In this document: positions 1 to 11,535 of the stretch, piece after piece
How the letters are laid out: each line of letters opens with the position of its first letter
Numbering within the stretch: the stretch's first letter is position 1
NCBI RefSeq assembly: GCF_030028105.1
Contig: NC_092398.1
Location: 25,373,649-25,437,648, forward strand
Direction of reading: 5' to 3'
DNA: 64,000 nucleotides
Source: Mobula birostris
Taxonomy: Eukaryota
Made by a program: the position numbers and the translations under genes
The notes under the pieces: model-generated
What the model saw: only the letters and a program-made list of their open reading frames with translations
Database searches by the model: none
What the model was told of the DNA's origin: nothing

Positions 1-929
1 TTCATCAGGGAAGACAGTCGACTCCAACACAGCTCTGTGGTTCTCAGAAACAGGCCTGCGATTTGGTTACGATGGCAAAGACGACACCTGTTTTGATTTC
101 TCTGTCAGGAAATCTGTGGCCAGTATTCCACTGTTGGAAGACTTTATCAGTGGTCTGAGCCACCACAAACCCTGTCTTTGAAGTCAACCGTACCAAGGAA
201 GTTCTGATCCTGAATGCCAAGCTGTCTACATCATAACATCATGGAAGTTATGTTGAACTTGGAACAGAGCCAACTCGACAAATGCAAGGCAAATTGCTGA
301 CAACAGCGCCCCCACCAGTTTCTTTACAAAACTACATTTATTATAAATTCAAACCACTGCAGTGTTCTGATACACTGCATTACAAACAAAAACCAGGCAA
401 ATCATGTCTAACACAGATTAAGCTAACACATTCCTATCCTCAGTGAGGATAACATTTAGCTCCTCCCCCCCCCCCACCAAAGGAATCCCCCTGTCCCTCA
501 AACATTGCCAGGTAATCAGCTCAGTCAGAACCCTCCACTACCCACCTCCAAAACACACAGGTAATTATCTTACCCAGCTACCAGGAGCAGGTTAACTAGG
601 ACATCCACCTTTCTCCCTGACCCTCTGTACTGGATAACCAAGGATGAAAATGGTGTGGCTAACAGTGTCCCCACCTTCTGTGCATTGACACAGTAAGGTC
701 AGTCAGCATAGGAGCAGGCCCTGTGGCCCATCATGACTATGCTGTCCATCAGAGTCACACAGCTCGGGAACAGGCCTTGTTCCTGTCAGTAACCTTATGT
801 ACATGTAATGCCCTGGTTAGTATTTTTTTTACTGTTATGCTGTTCTGTATCTCATTTTATGCTGTTCTGTGCAAGCTGCTTGTTTTTAGCTTATGTTTGG
901 GTTATTGTTGAAGATAAGAGATAGGAGAA

Positions 930-1669
930 TTGCGTGCTATCCAATTATGGGCAATTACGGGTAATGTGAGATCGCTGGGAAATAAAATGGATGAGTTGAC
1001 AGCACTATCCAGGAGTCAGAGAACATTTTGGGAGTGCGGTGTTATGTGTTTTACTGAAACGTGGCTGCACGAGGACATACCTGACCAAAACGTTTCCATA
1101 AAGGGCTTCCAGACCGTTTGGGCTGACTGGAAGTGCACTGAGAGCAGTAAGCGTAAAGGAGGGGGGCTTGCTGTGCTGGTTAACGACAGATGGTGCAGTC
1201 CGGGTCATATTACGATCAAGGAACGTGTTTGTAGCCCGGATATTGAACTTTTTGCTGTTAGACTCAGGCCATATTATTTGCCAAGGGAAATCTCACATTC
1301 AATTGTGGTTGCTGTGTACATCCTCCCTCTGCCAACCCGAGATCGGTGTGTAACATCATTTATACCGTTAGGCACAGGAGTACATTCAGCTAGAGACTCA
1401 TTCCACCGGGATGTAGCACTGTCATGGAAAGTAATTCCTGCCTGTGGCCATCAAACTTTGCAGCTCCTCCCTTGGAGGGTCAGACACCCTGGGTCAATGG
1501 GCTGGTCCTGGACTTATTTCCATCTGGCATGGTTTACATATTATTATTTGAATGTTTGTGGTTTTGTATTGCTATGTTTGTACTCTGTCCTTGGTTGGTG
1601 CAACTGTAACGAAACCTAATTTCCCTTGGGATCAATAAAAGATGTCTATCTATCTATCTATCTATCTAT
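930..1669 (+). mobile_element. Internally deleted Rex1/Babar-like LINE (APE endonuclease fragment + 3' tail)
   Basis: RSLGNKMDEL...CFTETWL...KGGGLAVLVN...YYLPRE motifs; ends in AATAAA and a (CTAT)6 tail at 1646-1669. Confidence 0.75.
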
Positions 1670-2066
1670 TAGGATGGTTGGATTAAGGGAGGTTTCTCTG
1701 GTGAGGGACACTAAGGCTGGGCTTGGGGATCTTGTCAGAGAGAGATGAAGAGAGAAGACGCAGGAGAGAAGAGGTTGTAGGGTTCGACCCAGAGCAAGAC
1801 CATGATTCGACAAAACCTGGGGTGATCGATGGAGGATCACCGATGGGGAAACGGTGAGCTCCAACTTGTGCACATTAGACTTTTTCACAAAAATGGGCCC
1901 TTTTCTTTTTTTTTGTTCTTTCTTTACTAACCCTTTAGTCAAGTTAGGAATTGTAAAGCTAAATCTTTTAACTGTATGCATTGTATTGTCTGTAATTTCA
2001 TGCACTCATTTGTAACCGGGTAACGAATTACTCACAAACAGGAGGCTTCGGGCTGGGCTCGTGACA
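1670..2066 (+). mobile_element. Truncated LTR-like element
   Basis: LTR-like composition ending in GTGACA; no 5' terminus or TSD seen. Confidence 0.35.
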
Positions 2067-4084
2067 TAGTCTCACACGTTTGGCGGGGCCGGAGATTGCC
2101 TTCCCTGGACTGACAAAGCCGAGGATAACAGAATCCTGTACCTACTGTCACTTTGTGTACGTAGAATCAGTCCCTGTGTATAAGCTAATCTTGAGTATAT
2201 GTGGCTGCACTCAAACTCTCACTTGTACATTCTGTTTTATAGAATTGCTTTTATATTTACTGGTCTTTTTATTGTATTGTTTTGTGCTGCGTTGGACTGG
2301 AAGTAACAATCATTTTCTTTTCCTTTACGCTTGTGTACTGAAGAATGATAATAAATAATATTCGATCTTGAACTGAATTAATCTGAGCGAGTAGCCTAAC
2401 GAAGGTACAGTACATGTCATCCATGCAGATCATTCCATTACAACTGTGCATTGAGGTAGTACGAGGATAAAACAATGATAGAATACAGAACAAAGAGATA
2501 CAGTTTCAGAGTGTAAGTAGGTAGACAATAAGATGTAAGGCCATGGAGAGGCACACGGTGTGATCCAGAGCCCATCTTGTCTCACTAGGGAATGATTCAA
2601 TAGTCTTCAAACAGCAGGACAGAAACCTGCATTTGGTCCATGTCCCTCTGAACCAGAGGTTCTCAACATTGTTTTATGCCACGGACCCCGACCATTAACA
2701 GAGCATCTGAGAACCCCAGGAAGGGAACCACTGCTCTAAACCTTTCCTATCCATGTGGGAATGCTACGAAGGCTTCAAAAGCATGGCTAGGCCTGCAGCG
2801 CAATCCTCAGTCTGTGATCATCGTTCACACAAAGTGTTGCTCTGGATTTCCAGCATCCGCAGAAGCTCTTGTGTTTGTGATTCGATATGTGTTTCGATGT
2901 ACATGTGACAAGTGAGGCTAATCTATAGATCATTTAATCTTTAATGGCCCAAAGGCCTTTTAAATGTCATAACTATATCTGCCTCAAATATTCCTCTGCC
3001 AGCTCATTCCCAATAACTACATGACTTCATGTGGAACAAGTTTCCCCTCAGGTCCTTTATAAGTCTTTCTTTCTCACTCTCTCACTTCTACCCAACCTGG
3101 AGAAAAAGATTGTATTCACCTTCTCTATGTCCCTTATGACTTCACAGAACATTACAGCACAGTCAGACCCTTTGGTGCACAATGTTGTGCAGACCTTTAA
3201 ACCTACTCCTAGATCAATCTACCTCTACACTCCCACATAGACCTCCATTTTCCTATCATTCATGTACCTATTTAAGAGTTTCTTAAAAGCCCCTAATGTA
3301 TCTGCCTCCACCACCACCCCGGTAGTGCATTCCACACACCCACCACTCTGTGTAAAAACTTATCTCTGACATCTCCCCTATGCCTCTTATCATTTTACAC
3401 CTCTATGAAGTCAACTTTCATCTTATTTGCTCCAAAGAGAAAATCCCTAGCTTGCTCAAACTGTCCTCATAAGACATGCCCTCTAGAACAGACAACATCC
3501 TGATAAATCTCATCTGCATCCTCTCTAAAGTGTCGATGTCCTTCCTATAATGAAGCAAACATGGCTGAACACAATATTCCAAGAGTGGTCTTATAAACCT
3601 CAAAAGTTTATAAGGTCACCTTTCAAACTCCTACAATTGAGAAGGCAAAGACCCAGTCTATCCAGCTTCTTATAATCTCTTGTCTTGGTAACATCCTGTT
3701 TGCAACTTATTCATTTAATAAAATTCTTCCTACAGGAGAGTGACCAGAACTGTACATTGATTCAAGAATCAAGTGCATTTATTATCAAAGAATGTAAAAA
3801 TTAAACAACATTGAGATTTGTTTGCTCACAGGTGGCCACAAAGCAAGGAACCTGAAATAACCTTATTAAAGAAAAAAACAACATTCAATGTGCAAGAGAA
3901 AGCAAAAAGAAGTCATGCAGACAACAGCATTCCAAACCAAAAATGATCCTTAGATCCGAACCCTGGAGCAGCCCAAAGCCTGGCTTATCAGTTTATCATG
4001 TTAGCGGGCATGGAGCACAGAAGCTGGGGCAGTCTTCATAGCCTCAGCACTATGGAGGTGACCTTACCAATATGCTATAACGTG

Positions 4085-4415
4085 ATATTCCATCTCCTGT
4101 ACTGAGCATTCTCAGTAATACTGAGGCACTGCATCGGAATGGAAGTGCGTCCCTTTAGAACAGAGCCGAGGAGGAATTTCTTCAGCCAGAGGGTGGTGAA
4201 TTTGTGAAATTCATTGTCACAAACAGCCGTGGAGGTCAAGTCATTGGGTATATTTAAAGTGGAGGTTGTTAGTTCTTGATTGGTAATGGCATCAAAGGTT
4301 CCGGGAAGAAGACAGGAGAATGGATTTGAGAGGGATAATGAATCAGCCATGATGGAAAGGCAGAGCAGACTCGATGGGCCGAATGACCTAATTCTGCTCC
4401 TGTTTCTTATGGTTT
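4085..4415 (+). mobile_element. CR1 LINE 3' end
   Basis: PFRTEPRRNFFSQRVVNL-type C-terminus and gggccgaatgacctaattctgctcct tail; abuts the pseudo-exon acceptor. Confidence 0.75.
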
Positions 4416-4428
4416 CTCTCCACTGCAG

Positions 4429-4701
4429 TGAAACGTTCCATCACCATAACGTTAACACAGCTGAACGTGGGAGTAAAGCCCTCAGTCCTGATGTACAGAG
4501 TGGATGGAATTTACCCAACGGACGTCAACACAGCATGGCTGCGGAATGGCGAAGCCATCAAGCAGGAGATGTTCAGGAGCAGCATTTTGCCAAACTGACA
4601 CATTCCAACTCAGACTTCATGTCAGCGTTGACCCCAGCAGGGGGGCACCTACACTTCTCAACTGGAGCACAGGGGTGTCCTGGAGAGATGTGCAGTTTGG
4701 G
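4429..4701 (+). pseudogene. Degenerate paralogous WB beta2 (Ig-C1) exon
   Basis: Same splice context as 11536-11817 (ccactgcAG|TGAA ... GTTTGGG|GTAAGG). Translates KRSITITLTQ...VLMYRVDGIYPTDVNTAWLRNGEAIKQEMFRSSILPN*. TGA at 4596-4598, -5/-1/-3 nt deletions, both Cys lost (Y, S). Confidence 0.88.
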
Positions 4702-5529
4702 GTAAGGTCCAGAGTCTGCACCGATCACAATTACTGTACGCACTGCTCTGGTGTTCATGGAACTACAAATTATTTTCATCCTGCAGCTCAAAACTCTTTC
4801 CAACACCGTGGCGGTGATCTTCAGAAATAGGCCAGTTGGGACGAGCACTTGTGGTTATCTGCATTGTCCGGTGTCAGATCCCAGGCAGAACAGTTGCCGA
4901 ACCAAGTCATAATACATCCACGTAACATGGTGCATCGATAAAATTTGGAGAGGGTACAAAGGGGCAGACAAATTTCTTTATCTTTCAGACCACGTGGAAG
5001 AGATGGTGCACCTTCTTGGCTGCGGCATGGAGCAGAATTTATTGATAATGTTCACTATTAAAAATTATCAGCTCTCCACCCCGGCACCAGTGCTGTAAAT
5101 AGGAGTGCGTGCGCCGCTCCCTTCCAGAAGTCAAGGACCAGCTCTTTCGTTCTCCCGACAGTCGGGGAGAGGTTGTTAGCGCGGATCCGTGCCCCTGGGC
5201 TCTCTCTCTCTTTCCTCTACTTCCCCTCATTAGTATCTGAGATCCAGCCCGCCACAGTGGTCTCATCTGCAAACTTGTGGGTGGGGTTCGACCAGAATCC
5301 GGCCAGGAGGTCGTGAGTGTACAGGGAGAAGCGGATTAACAATGCACCTTGTGGAATTCCAGTGAGGACACCTACCTCATCTCTGGTCTCTTACACCACC
5401 TAGTGTTCAGTGGCAGCACCTCTTAAAATTATCACCCATAATACAGTACCTGTGTCCCTCTGGTCCTTTCTGATGCTAGTTACCTATTTGTTCACGTATT
5501 CAACTATTACCTTGAGGTTTCCGTAATAC

Positions 5530-6300
5530 ACAGAATTTGGCCATTCAGTCTATCGAATCCGCGCCACCATTTCATCAAGGTTAATTTATTTTTCCAATCA
5601 ACCCCATTCTCCTGCTTTCTCCCCATACCTTTGACGCCCTTACTAAACAAGAACCTATCAACCTCTCTTTAATTATACCCAAAGATTTGGCCTTCACTGC
5701 CGTCTGTGGCAATGAATTCCATCCCTGGATAAAGAAATTTCTCCTCATTACTGTCTAAAGGCTGTACCCTTTGGACCTAGACCTCTCACTATTGGTAGCA
5801 TCCTCTCTACATTCACTGTATTTTAGGTTTCAATGAGATCTACACTCATTCTTCTAAACTCCAGCAAGTGCAGACTCAGAGCCATTTGTTAACTCTTTCA
5901 TTCCCGGGATCATTATCGTGAACCTCCCCTGGAGCCTGTCTAATACCGTCACATCCTTTCTGAGATAAGGGTCCGAAATTGCTCACAATACTCCAAATGT
6001 GGTCCGGCCAGTGCCTTATAAATCCTCAGCATTTCATCCTTGCTTTTATCGTCAAGCCCTCTTGAAATGAATGTCAATATTGTATTTGCCTTCCTTAGTA
6101 ATGACTCAACCTGCAAGTTAACCTTCGGGAAATCTTGCATGAGGACTACCAAGTCCTTTTGCACCTCTGTTTTCTGAATTTTCTCCCCATTTATAAAACA
6201 GCCAACACCTTTATTCCTTCTACCAAAGTGCAAGAGCATACACATCCCTACATTGTATTCCACCTGCCACTTCTTTGCCTATTCTTCTAATCTGTCCAAG
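5530..6300 (-). mobile_element. CR1 LINE 3' fragment
   Basis: ORF 5949-6263 carries degenerate RT C-terminal motifs (LHFGRRN, DLVVL, PHLEYCEQF). Confidence 0.75.
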
Positions 6301-6799
6301 GCACCGTTCCATCTAAGCTGCACGGGTGCACAGCCGTGGTGTAACTGAAATGCTCCCACACACATAGCCTTCGTTGCCACGCAGCTGGAAGAAAAACAGA
6401 CAAGAAAAGGTTTATGAAGCATAAAAGATTGTCTTTGTTGTGCTGTATTACATTATACCCTTCAGTTAATAAATAAAATCAAAAGTATGTGATTTTTCAA
6501 TTTTCATTCTAAATATTCAGCAGTATACATACTAAAGAAAAAATAACATTCAAGGTATCACATACAGTTTTCAGGCCATGTAAAAATTTCCTGCTCAGAA
6601 CAATTGTTGGTCAATGCAGCTTTAAAAAAAAAGAGCACATTGTTGCAGCTCTAGGGGCACATCACATAGCGTCCACCCAAACGAGATTTCTTAAGTTTGG
6701 CTGCGCCGGGGGCTATCACCCCCTCTATTAAGCTGCTAGCCGAAGCAAGATTTACATTGCAATACCACAGTTTGTTTAATATTATGTACTTCTTTGCTA

Positions 6800-7299
6800 T
6801 ACCTGTACATTTGCTCGTTAATGCAAATACCTAATCAGTCAATCATGTAGCAGTAACTCGATGTATAAAAGCATGCAGAGATGGTCAAGAGACTCAGTCG
6901 TTGTTCAGACCAAACATCAGAATGGGAAAGAAATGTGAGCTAGGTGACTTTGAAAATGGAGTGATTGTTGGTGCCACATTTGGGTGTTTTGAAAATCTCA
7001 GAAACTGCTGATCTCCTGGGATTTTCACAATCGTCTCTAGAGTTGACACAAAATAGTTCGAAAACAACAAAAAAAAAACATCCAGTCCTTTCAGTTCTGT
7101 GCGCAAACAAGAAGTTGTCTTAATGAAAGAGATCAAAGGAGAAAGGCCAGTCTGGTTCAAGCCGACAGTAACTTAAATAACCATGCGTGGTGTACAGAAA
7201 ATCATCTCTGAATGCACAAGACATCGAACCTCGAAGTGAATGTGCTATGGCTGCTGCCTTATTAGGTACCAACTGTAGGTAATAAAGTAGCCACTGAAT
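6800..7299 (+). mobile_element. Non-autonomous Tc1/mariner element (family of about 10 copies in the window)
   Basis: Transposase N-terminal remnant (MGKKCELGDF...) and CAGTGGCCACTTTATTAGG-type TIR. Other copies at about 10273-10826, 11898-13200, 14872-17832, 18250-18420, 32190-33150, 42768-42972 and 49285-49685. Confidence 0.7.
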
Positions 7300-8194
7300 T
7301 TACTTTCCCTTGTTCTGACTGAAACAAGTTGCCCAGTTTATTCACAGTTGTCAGTTCCTGATGTTTTCAGTTTACAGATCCTGTTTACAGTTACTGTTCT
7401 ATAGGTTTTCTAAGTATGCCCACAGATAAAGGATCACAGTGCTGTATGTGGTGACAGGTATGTACTCTGATAATAAATTTTACTTTGAACTTTAAAATAC
7501 GCAATCCAAACCACCTGATACACTGGGACAGAAAGGCTCTTCAAAATGAAGTTCAGCGGATGACATGAAGTTCTCAGTAACTTAGCTACCTCTTTCTTCA
7601 AACATCTGTTGACCTTTGCAACTATCACCATTAGCATCTCAACGTCGCATTTGATGACACACTTAAGTGACATTGAACATCTTCAAAGATGCTACACATT
7701 TACGTAACGCACACAAAATGCCGGAGGAACCCATCAGATCAGGCAATGTCTCGAAAGGCCAAGAACCTTCATAAGGGACCGGAAGGAAAGGGGGCGGGGG
7801 CGGATGGTGAAGGTAGAAGCCAGAATAAGAAGGTGGGAGGAGGGGAAGGTGTACATGCCTGCAGGTGATAGATGAGACCAGGAGAGGGGGAAGGTGGGTG
7901 GGATGGGTTGAGGTTTAGAGATAAGAAGCTGAAAGGTGATTGGTGGAAAAGGTTAATGGCTGAGGAAGAAGAAATCTGATAGGAATGGAAAATGGACCAG
8001 CCTCACACCTTGCCCCTCATATGCATTGCGCTATCCACTAGCCATCCAACTACCATCCGCCTCACTTACTAACCCTTTTCACTTGGTATCCTCACTTCTC
8101 CTACCACCCATCTTATCGCTCACCTGATATCCCACCCACCTAGTATCCCAATCACCTTCCCTCTCAACTAGTGTTGAGAATAAGGTGCCATTTG

Positions 8195-8347
8195 GTCGCG
8201 TCGCGCCCCGCCCCGCCTGCCTGTGGCAGTGGCCGCCCACACAGCAGGGGAAATTTCCGCGTCGATCGTCTCCCGTTACGGAACCTGCCGGCTGGCAGTC
8301 GGTTCAGGGCGTCGGGCGGAAAGGCAACGAGGTCCTCCGCGGAAGAG
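8195..8347 (+). promoter_or_regulatory. WB CpG-rich promoter with GC boxes and NF-kB site
   Basis: GCCCCGCCCCGCC at about 8204-8216 and GGGGAAATTTCC at 8247-8258, about 90 nt upstream of the ATG; CpG-dense. Confidence 0.55.
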
Positions 8348-8465
8348 ATGGGAGTAGTGATGCCGTCTCTTCGAACCGTGAGCCAGCTAGCCGGCGTGAG
8401 GCGACGCCGCTCTCCCTTTTTGCTCGCCGCCTCCCTCCTCCTCCTCAACGGCTCTCCCGCCCTAG
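8348..8465 (+). CDS. WB: WB exon 1, signal peptide MGVVMPSLRTVSQLAGVRRRRSPFLLAASLLLLNGSPAL(G)
   Basis: ATG at 8348 (alternative ATG 8360) in a CpG-rich region; basic n-region, hydrophobic core, small-residue c-region; phase-1 donor G|GTGAGA at 8466. Confidence 0.8.
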
Positions 8466-9240
8466 GTGAGAGGCTCAGCCCGGGCGGAGTGGGGGCACCG
8501 AGGGCGGGTGGGGAAGTGAAGAGGCACCGAAGGAGGGTAGGGTGGGTAGGGGAGCAGAGTGGAGAGGGCACCGAGGCACCAAGGGAGGGTAAGGCCGAGG
8601 GGTCACCGAAGGAGGATGAGGAGGGTACGGGAGCGACCAACGAGAGAGGGGAGGGGGCAGAGATGTACAGTCGGGAGGAGAGGGGCACCGACGGAGGGTG
8701 GGGAGAGAACACTGGGAGAGGGGCACCGAGGAAGGAAGGGGACACCGAGAGATGATCGGGTGGAGAGGGGAGTAGGCAGCGAGGGAGGGTGGGGAGCGGA
8801 TGGGAACGGGCACCTGGGAAGAGAGGGTGGGGAGGGTGGGAAGGGGGAGAGGGCGTCGATTGAGGGGAGAGGTCTCCGAAGGAGAGTGGGGGCCAAGGGA
8901 GTGAAGGTGGAGAGGGGGCAGCAAAGGTGTTTGTAGAGGGAGGAAAGTGGTCGCTGAGGGTGGATAGCGAGAGAGGGCGGGGTGCCGAGGGCGTAGGTGA
9001 GGAGTTTGGTGCAGATGGTGAGTAAAGATATCTGTGGAAGGGGTGTTGAGGGAGGAGCCTTTCGAGGGTGTGTATCGATTTGGACAGGGAGATTGAGAGA
9101 GAGGTGGGCGTTGAGAGTGAAGAGAGGGGTTTGGTCGAGGGGGTAGGTGGGAATGTGGGCACGGAACTGAGGGAGGTGGATGCAGTGAGTGAAGGTGAAA
9201 GGTTTGCTTACCCAGCACGACCGAATCCCAAGTCTACTGT
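8466..9240 (+). repeat. Purine/G-rich low-complexity repeat in WB intron 1 (recurrent GGGCACCGAG)
   Basis: About 9 degenerate GG(G/C)CACCGA(G/A) motifs in GA-rich sequence; the source of several spurious ORFs. Confidence 0.7.
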
Positions 9241-9437
9241 ATTATTGGAGTTTTATAGTGGGAGGGAGAGGTGGTTCTGGTAAAAACATAGGTGGAGTGG
9301 TACCTTTTCATTGTGTGGTATCCACAGAAAGGGAAGAGACAAATTTGCTGTTTCAATTCTATTAAATTTTAAGGTTTTAAACTGTGCCATTTCTCTCTCA
9401 CAAATGGCTAATGGATCGATTATTGTTTGCTTCCTAG

Positions 9438-9668
9438 GGATGCGCATCGGTCAAGTGACTCTATATTTTAGCCGTTTGGAGGTATATTCTTACAATGGCG
9501 AAGAGTTCGTTCATTTTGATTGCAACACAGCAAAGGCTGTGGCTGTCAATCCGCTTGTACAGCCTTACTTGGACGTACTGAACAACAACAGAAAGAATAT
9601 GAGTCAAGTTATCCACATCCTTGAGGTTATTGCTCCACGAATTCGCAATGCCATTCGAGCTCTGACTA
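9438..9668 (+). CDS. WB: WB exon 2, MHC membrane-distal beta1 domain (GMRIGQVTLYFSRLEVYSYNGEEFVHFDCNTAKAVAV...RNAIRALT)
   Basis: Acceptor ttgtttgcttcctAG, perfect donor A|GTAAGT, phase 1-1, 231 nt. YSYNGEEFVHFD matches class II beta YNxEExVRFD and class I alpha2 YAYDGxDY. Confidence 0.85.
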
Positions 9669-10272
9669 GTAAGTTTGTTGTCAATGTGATGTTCAAACAG
9701 GCTTTGTGCCATAGTTTGACAGAAAGGACAAGACAAGGGAACACACAAATACCAGTCCTCAAAGAGGGGTCGGAAGTGGAGAGAGTGAGCAATTTCAAGT
9801 TCCCAGTTGTCAATATCTCTGGGGATTTATCCTGGGCCCTACATATTGAGACAGTTACGAAGGTAGCACGACAGCAGCTCAATCTCATAGGAGCTTGAGG
9901 AAGGTTGATATGCCACCAAAGATTTGCTCAAATTTCTACAGATGTACCGTGGAGAGCATTCTAGCTGGCGGCATATGGGGCGGGGTGCAGAGACGGCAAA
10001 GTATTGAAAGAAGCTGCAGAAAGATGTGAACTCAGTCAGTTCCATCATGGACACTAGCCTCCTTAGCGTTCAGGAACCTTCAAGGAGTGATCAACAAGGA
10101 AGTACAGGAGCCTGAAGGCACACACTCAGTGATTCAGGAAGAGCTTCTTCCCTTCTGCCATCAGATTTATGAACAGTCCATGAACATAAACTCCCTATTT
10201 TTGCGCTCTATTTGAACTAATTTAATTTAAATGTTTTTCTTGTAATTTATGTTTTTATGCAAAACAACAAAT

Positions 10273-10826
10273 TTCACAACCTCATAGTCCATGGCCACTT
10301 TATTGGGTATGTCCTGTACCTACTAAATTGGCTACTGAGTGTATGTTCGTTGTCTTCTGTTGCCGTAGCCCATCCACTTTAAGATTTGACGTATTTGTGC
10401 ATTCAGAATTTCTCTTCTGCACACCACTGTTGTAACACATGCTGATTAGAGTTCTCATTGTCTTCCTGTCAGATTGAACCAGTCTGAACAATTCTCCTCT
10501 GACCTCTGTCATTAAACAAGGCGTTTTCACCCACAAAACTGCTGCTCACTGGATGCTTTTTCTTTGTCACACCATTCTCTGTTAACTCTAGAGACTGTTG
10601 TGTGTGAAAATCCCAGGAGATCAGCAATTTCTGAGCTACCCCACCTGGTCCACAGTCAAAGTCACTTGAATCATATTCCTTCCCCATTCTGATGTTTGGT
10701 CTGAACAACACTGAACCTCTTGATCATGCCAGCATACTTTGATGCATTGCGTTGTTGTCACATGATTGGCTGATTAGATATTTTTATTAATGAGCAGGTG
10801 TACCTAGTAAAGTTGACACTGAATGT
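10273..10826 (-). mobile_element. Non-autonomous Tc1/mariner element in WB intron 2
   Basis: ORFs 10300-10536 and 10469-10711 are Tc1 HTH remnants (MGKEYDSSDFD, RGQRR); TIRs at both ends. Confidence 0.7.
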
Positions 10827-10930
10827 ATGTTATTGACACTAAACCTGATTCTGATCTGCATGAACCTGTAGCTAATTAACCTCCCAATTCAACTTTTGAT
10901 TTCTTGGCCAGCTGTATTTTCACCTTACAG

Positions 10931-11016
10931 AAACTCTGGGTTACCAACAGCTCTGGAAACCCTTGTGTGAATTGGGAGTGTCTGAAAGAACCATTCCCCT
11001 GGTCAGAGGCAAATGA
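10931..11016 (+). other. Duplicated copy of the putative WB tail exon inside intron 2 (xTLGYQQLWKPLCELGVSERTIPLVRGK*)
   Basis: Homologous to 17932-18008 within a larger duplicated block (about 10280-11075 vs 14870-15280 plus 17725-18070). Has its own phase-1 acceptor caccttacAG. Confidence 0.5.
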
Positions 11017-11071
11017 CTCAGGGGACAGTTTCTAAATGCTAAAGATTCTGCAGGTAGTAAAATCCAGAGCA

Positions 11072-11099
11072 ACACACACACACACACACACACACACAC
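11072..11099. repeat. (AC)14 microsatellite
   Basis: Directly visible. Confidence 0.95.
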
Positions 11100-11169
11100 G
11101 AATTCAGAATTAGGCCATTCGACCCATTGTGTCTGTTCCAGCATTCCGTCATGGTGGAATCTCAAGGTT

Positions 11170-11413
11170 GTATACTTTATAGTCGCCAAACAATTGATAC
11201 TAGAACGTACAATCATCATAGCGATATTTGATTCTGCACTTCCCGCTCCCTGGATTACAAATCGATAGTAAATATTAAAAATTTAAATTATAAATCATAA
11301 GTAGAAAATAGAAAAATGGAAAGTAAGGTAGTGCAAAAAAACTGAGAGGCAGGTCCGGATATTTGGAGGGTATGGTCCAAATCCGGTCAGGATCCGTTCA
11401 GCAGTCTTATCAC
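11170..11413 (-). mobile_element. Rex-like LINE 3' tail
   Basis: Reverse complement of the tail at 55815-56035 and 45370-45590 (ctgctgaacggatcctgacc...ccctccaaatatccggacc). Confidence 0.7.
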
Positions 11414-11535
11414 ATAATGTATAATGTACACATGCTTTAATAATAAGCATACTCTGAACTTTGAAATTCTGTTATTCTTTACTTTTTCTGATCCTGTAAC
11501 CAAGTTCAACTTCAATGCATTTCTGTCCACTGCAG

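Noticed and set aside
8164-9218. Long Pro/Ser- and Gly/Glu-rich ORFs (332, 247, 194, 125 aa)
   Set aside because: By-products of the purine-rich intron; only 8348-8465 is bounded by start and donor signals.
9311-9898. 195-aa ORF as a single-exon gene
   Set aside because: Only 9438-9668 is exon. The 3' part is a Rex-like LINE remnant (FKFPVVNISGDLSW) and the 5' part has no phase-1 acceptor.
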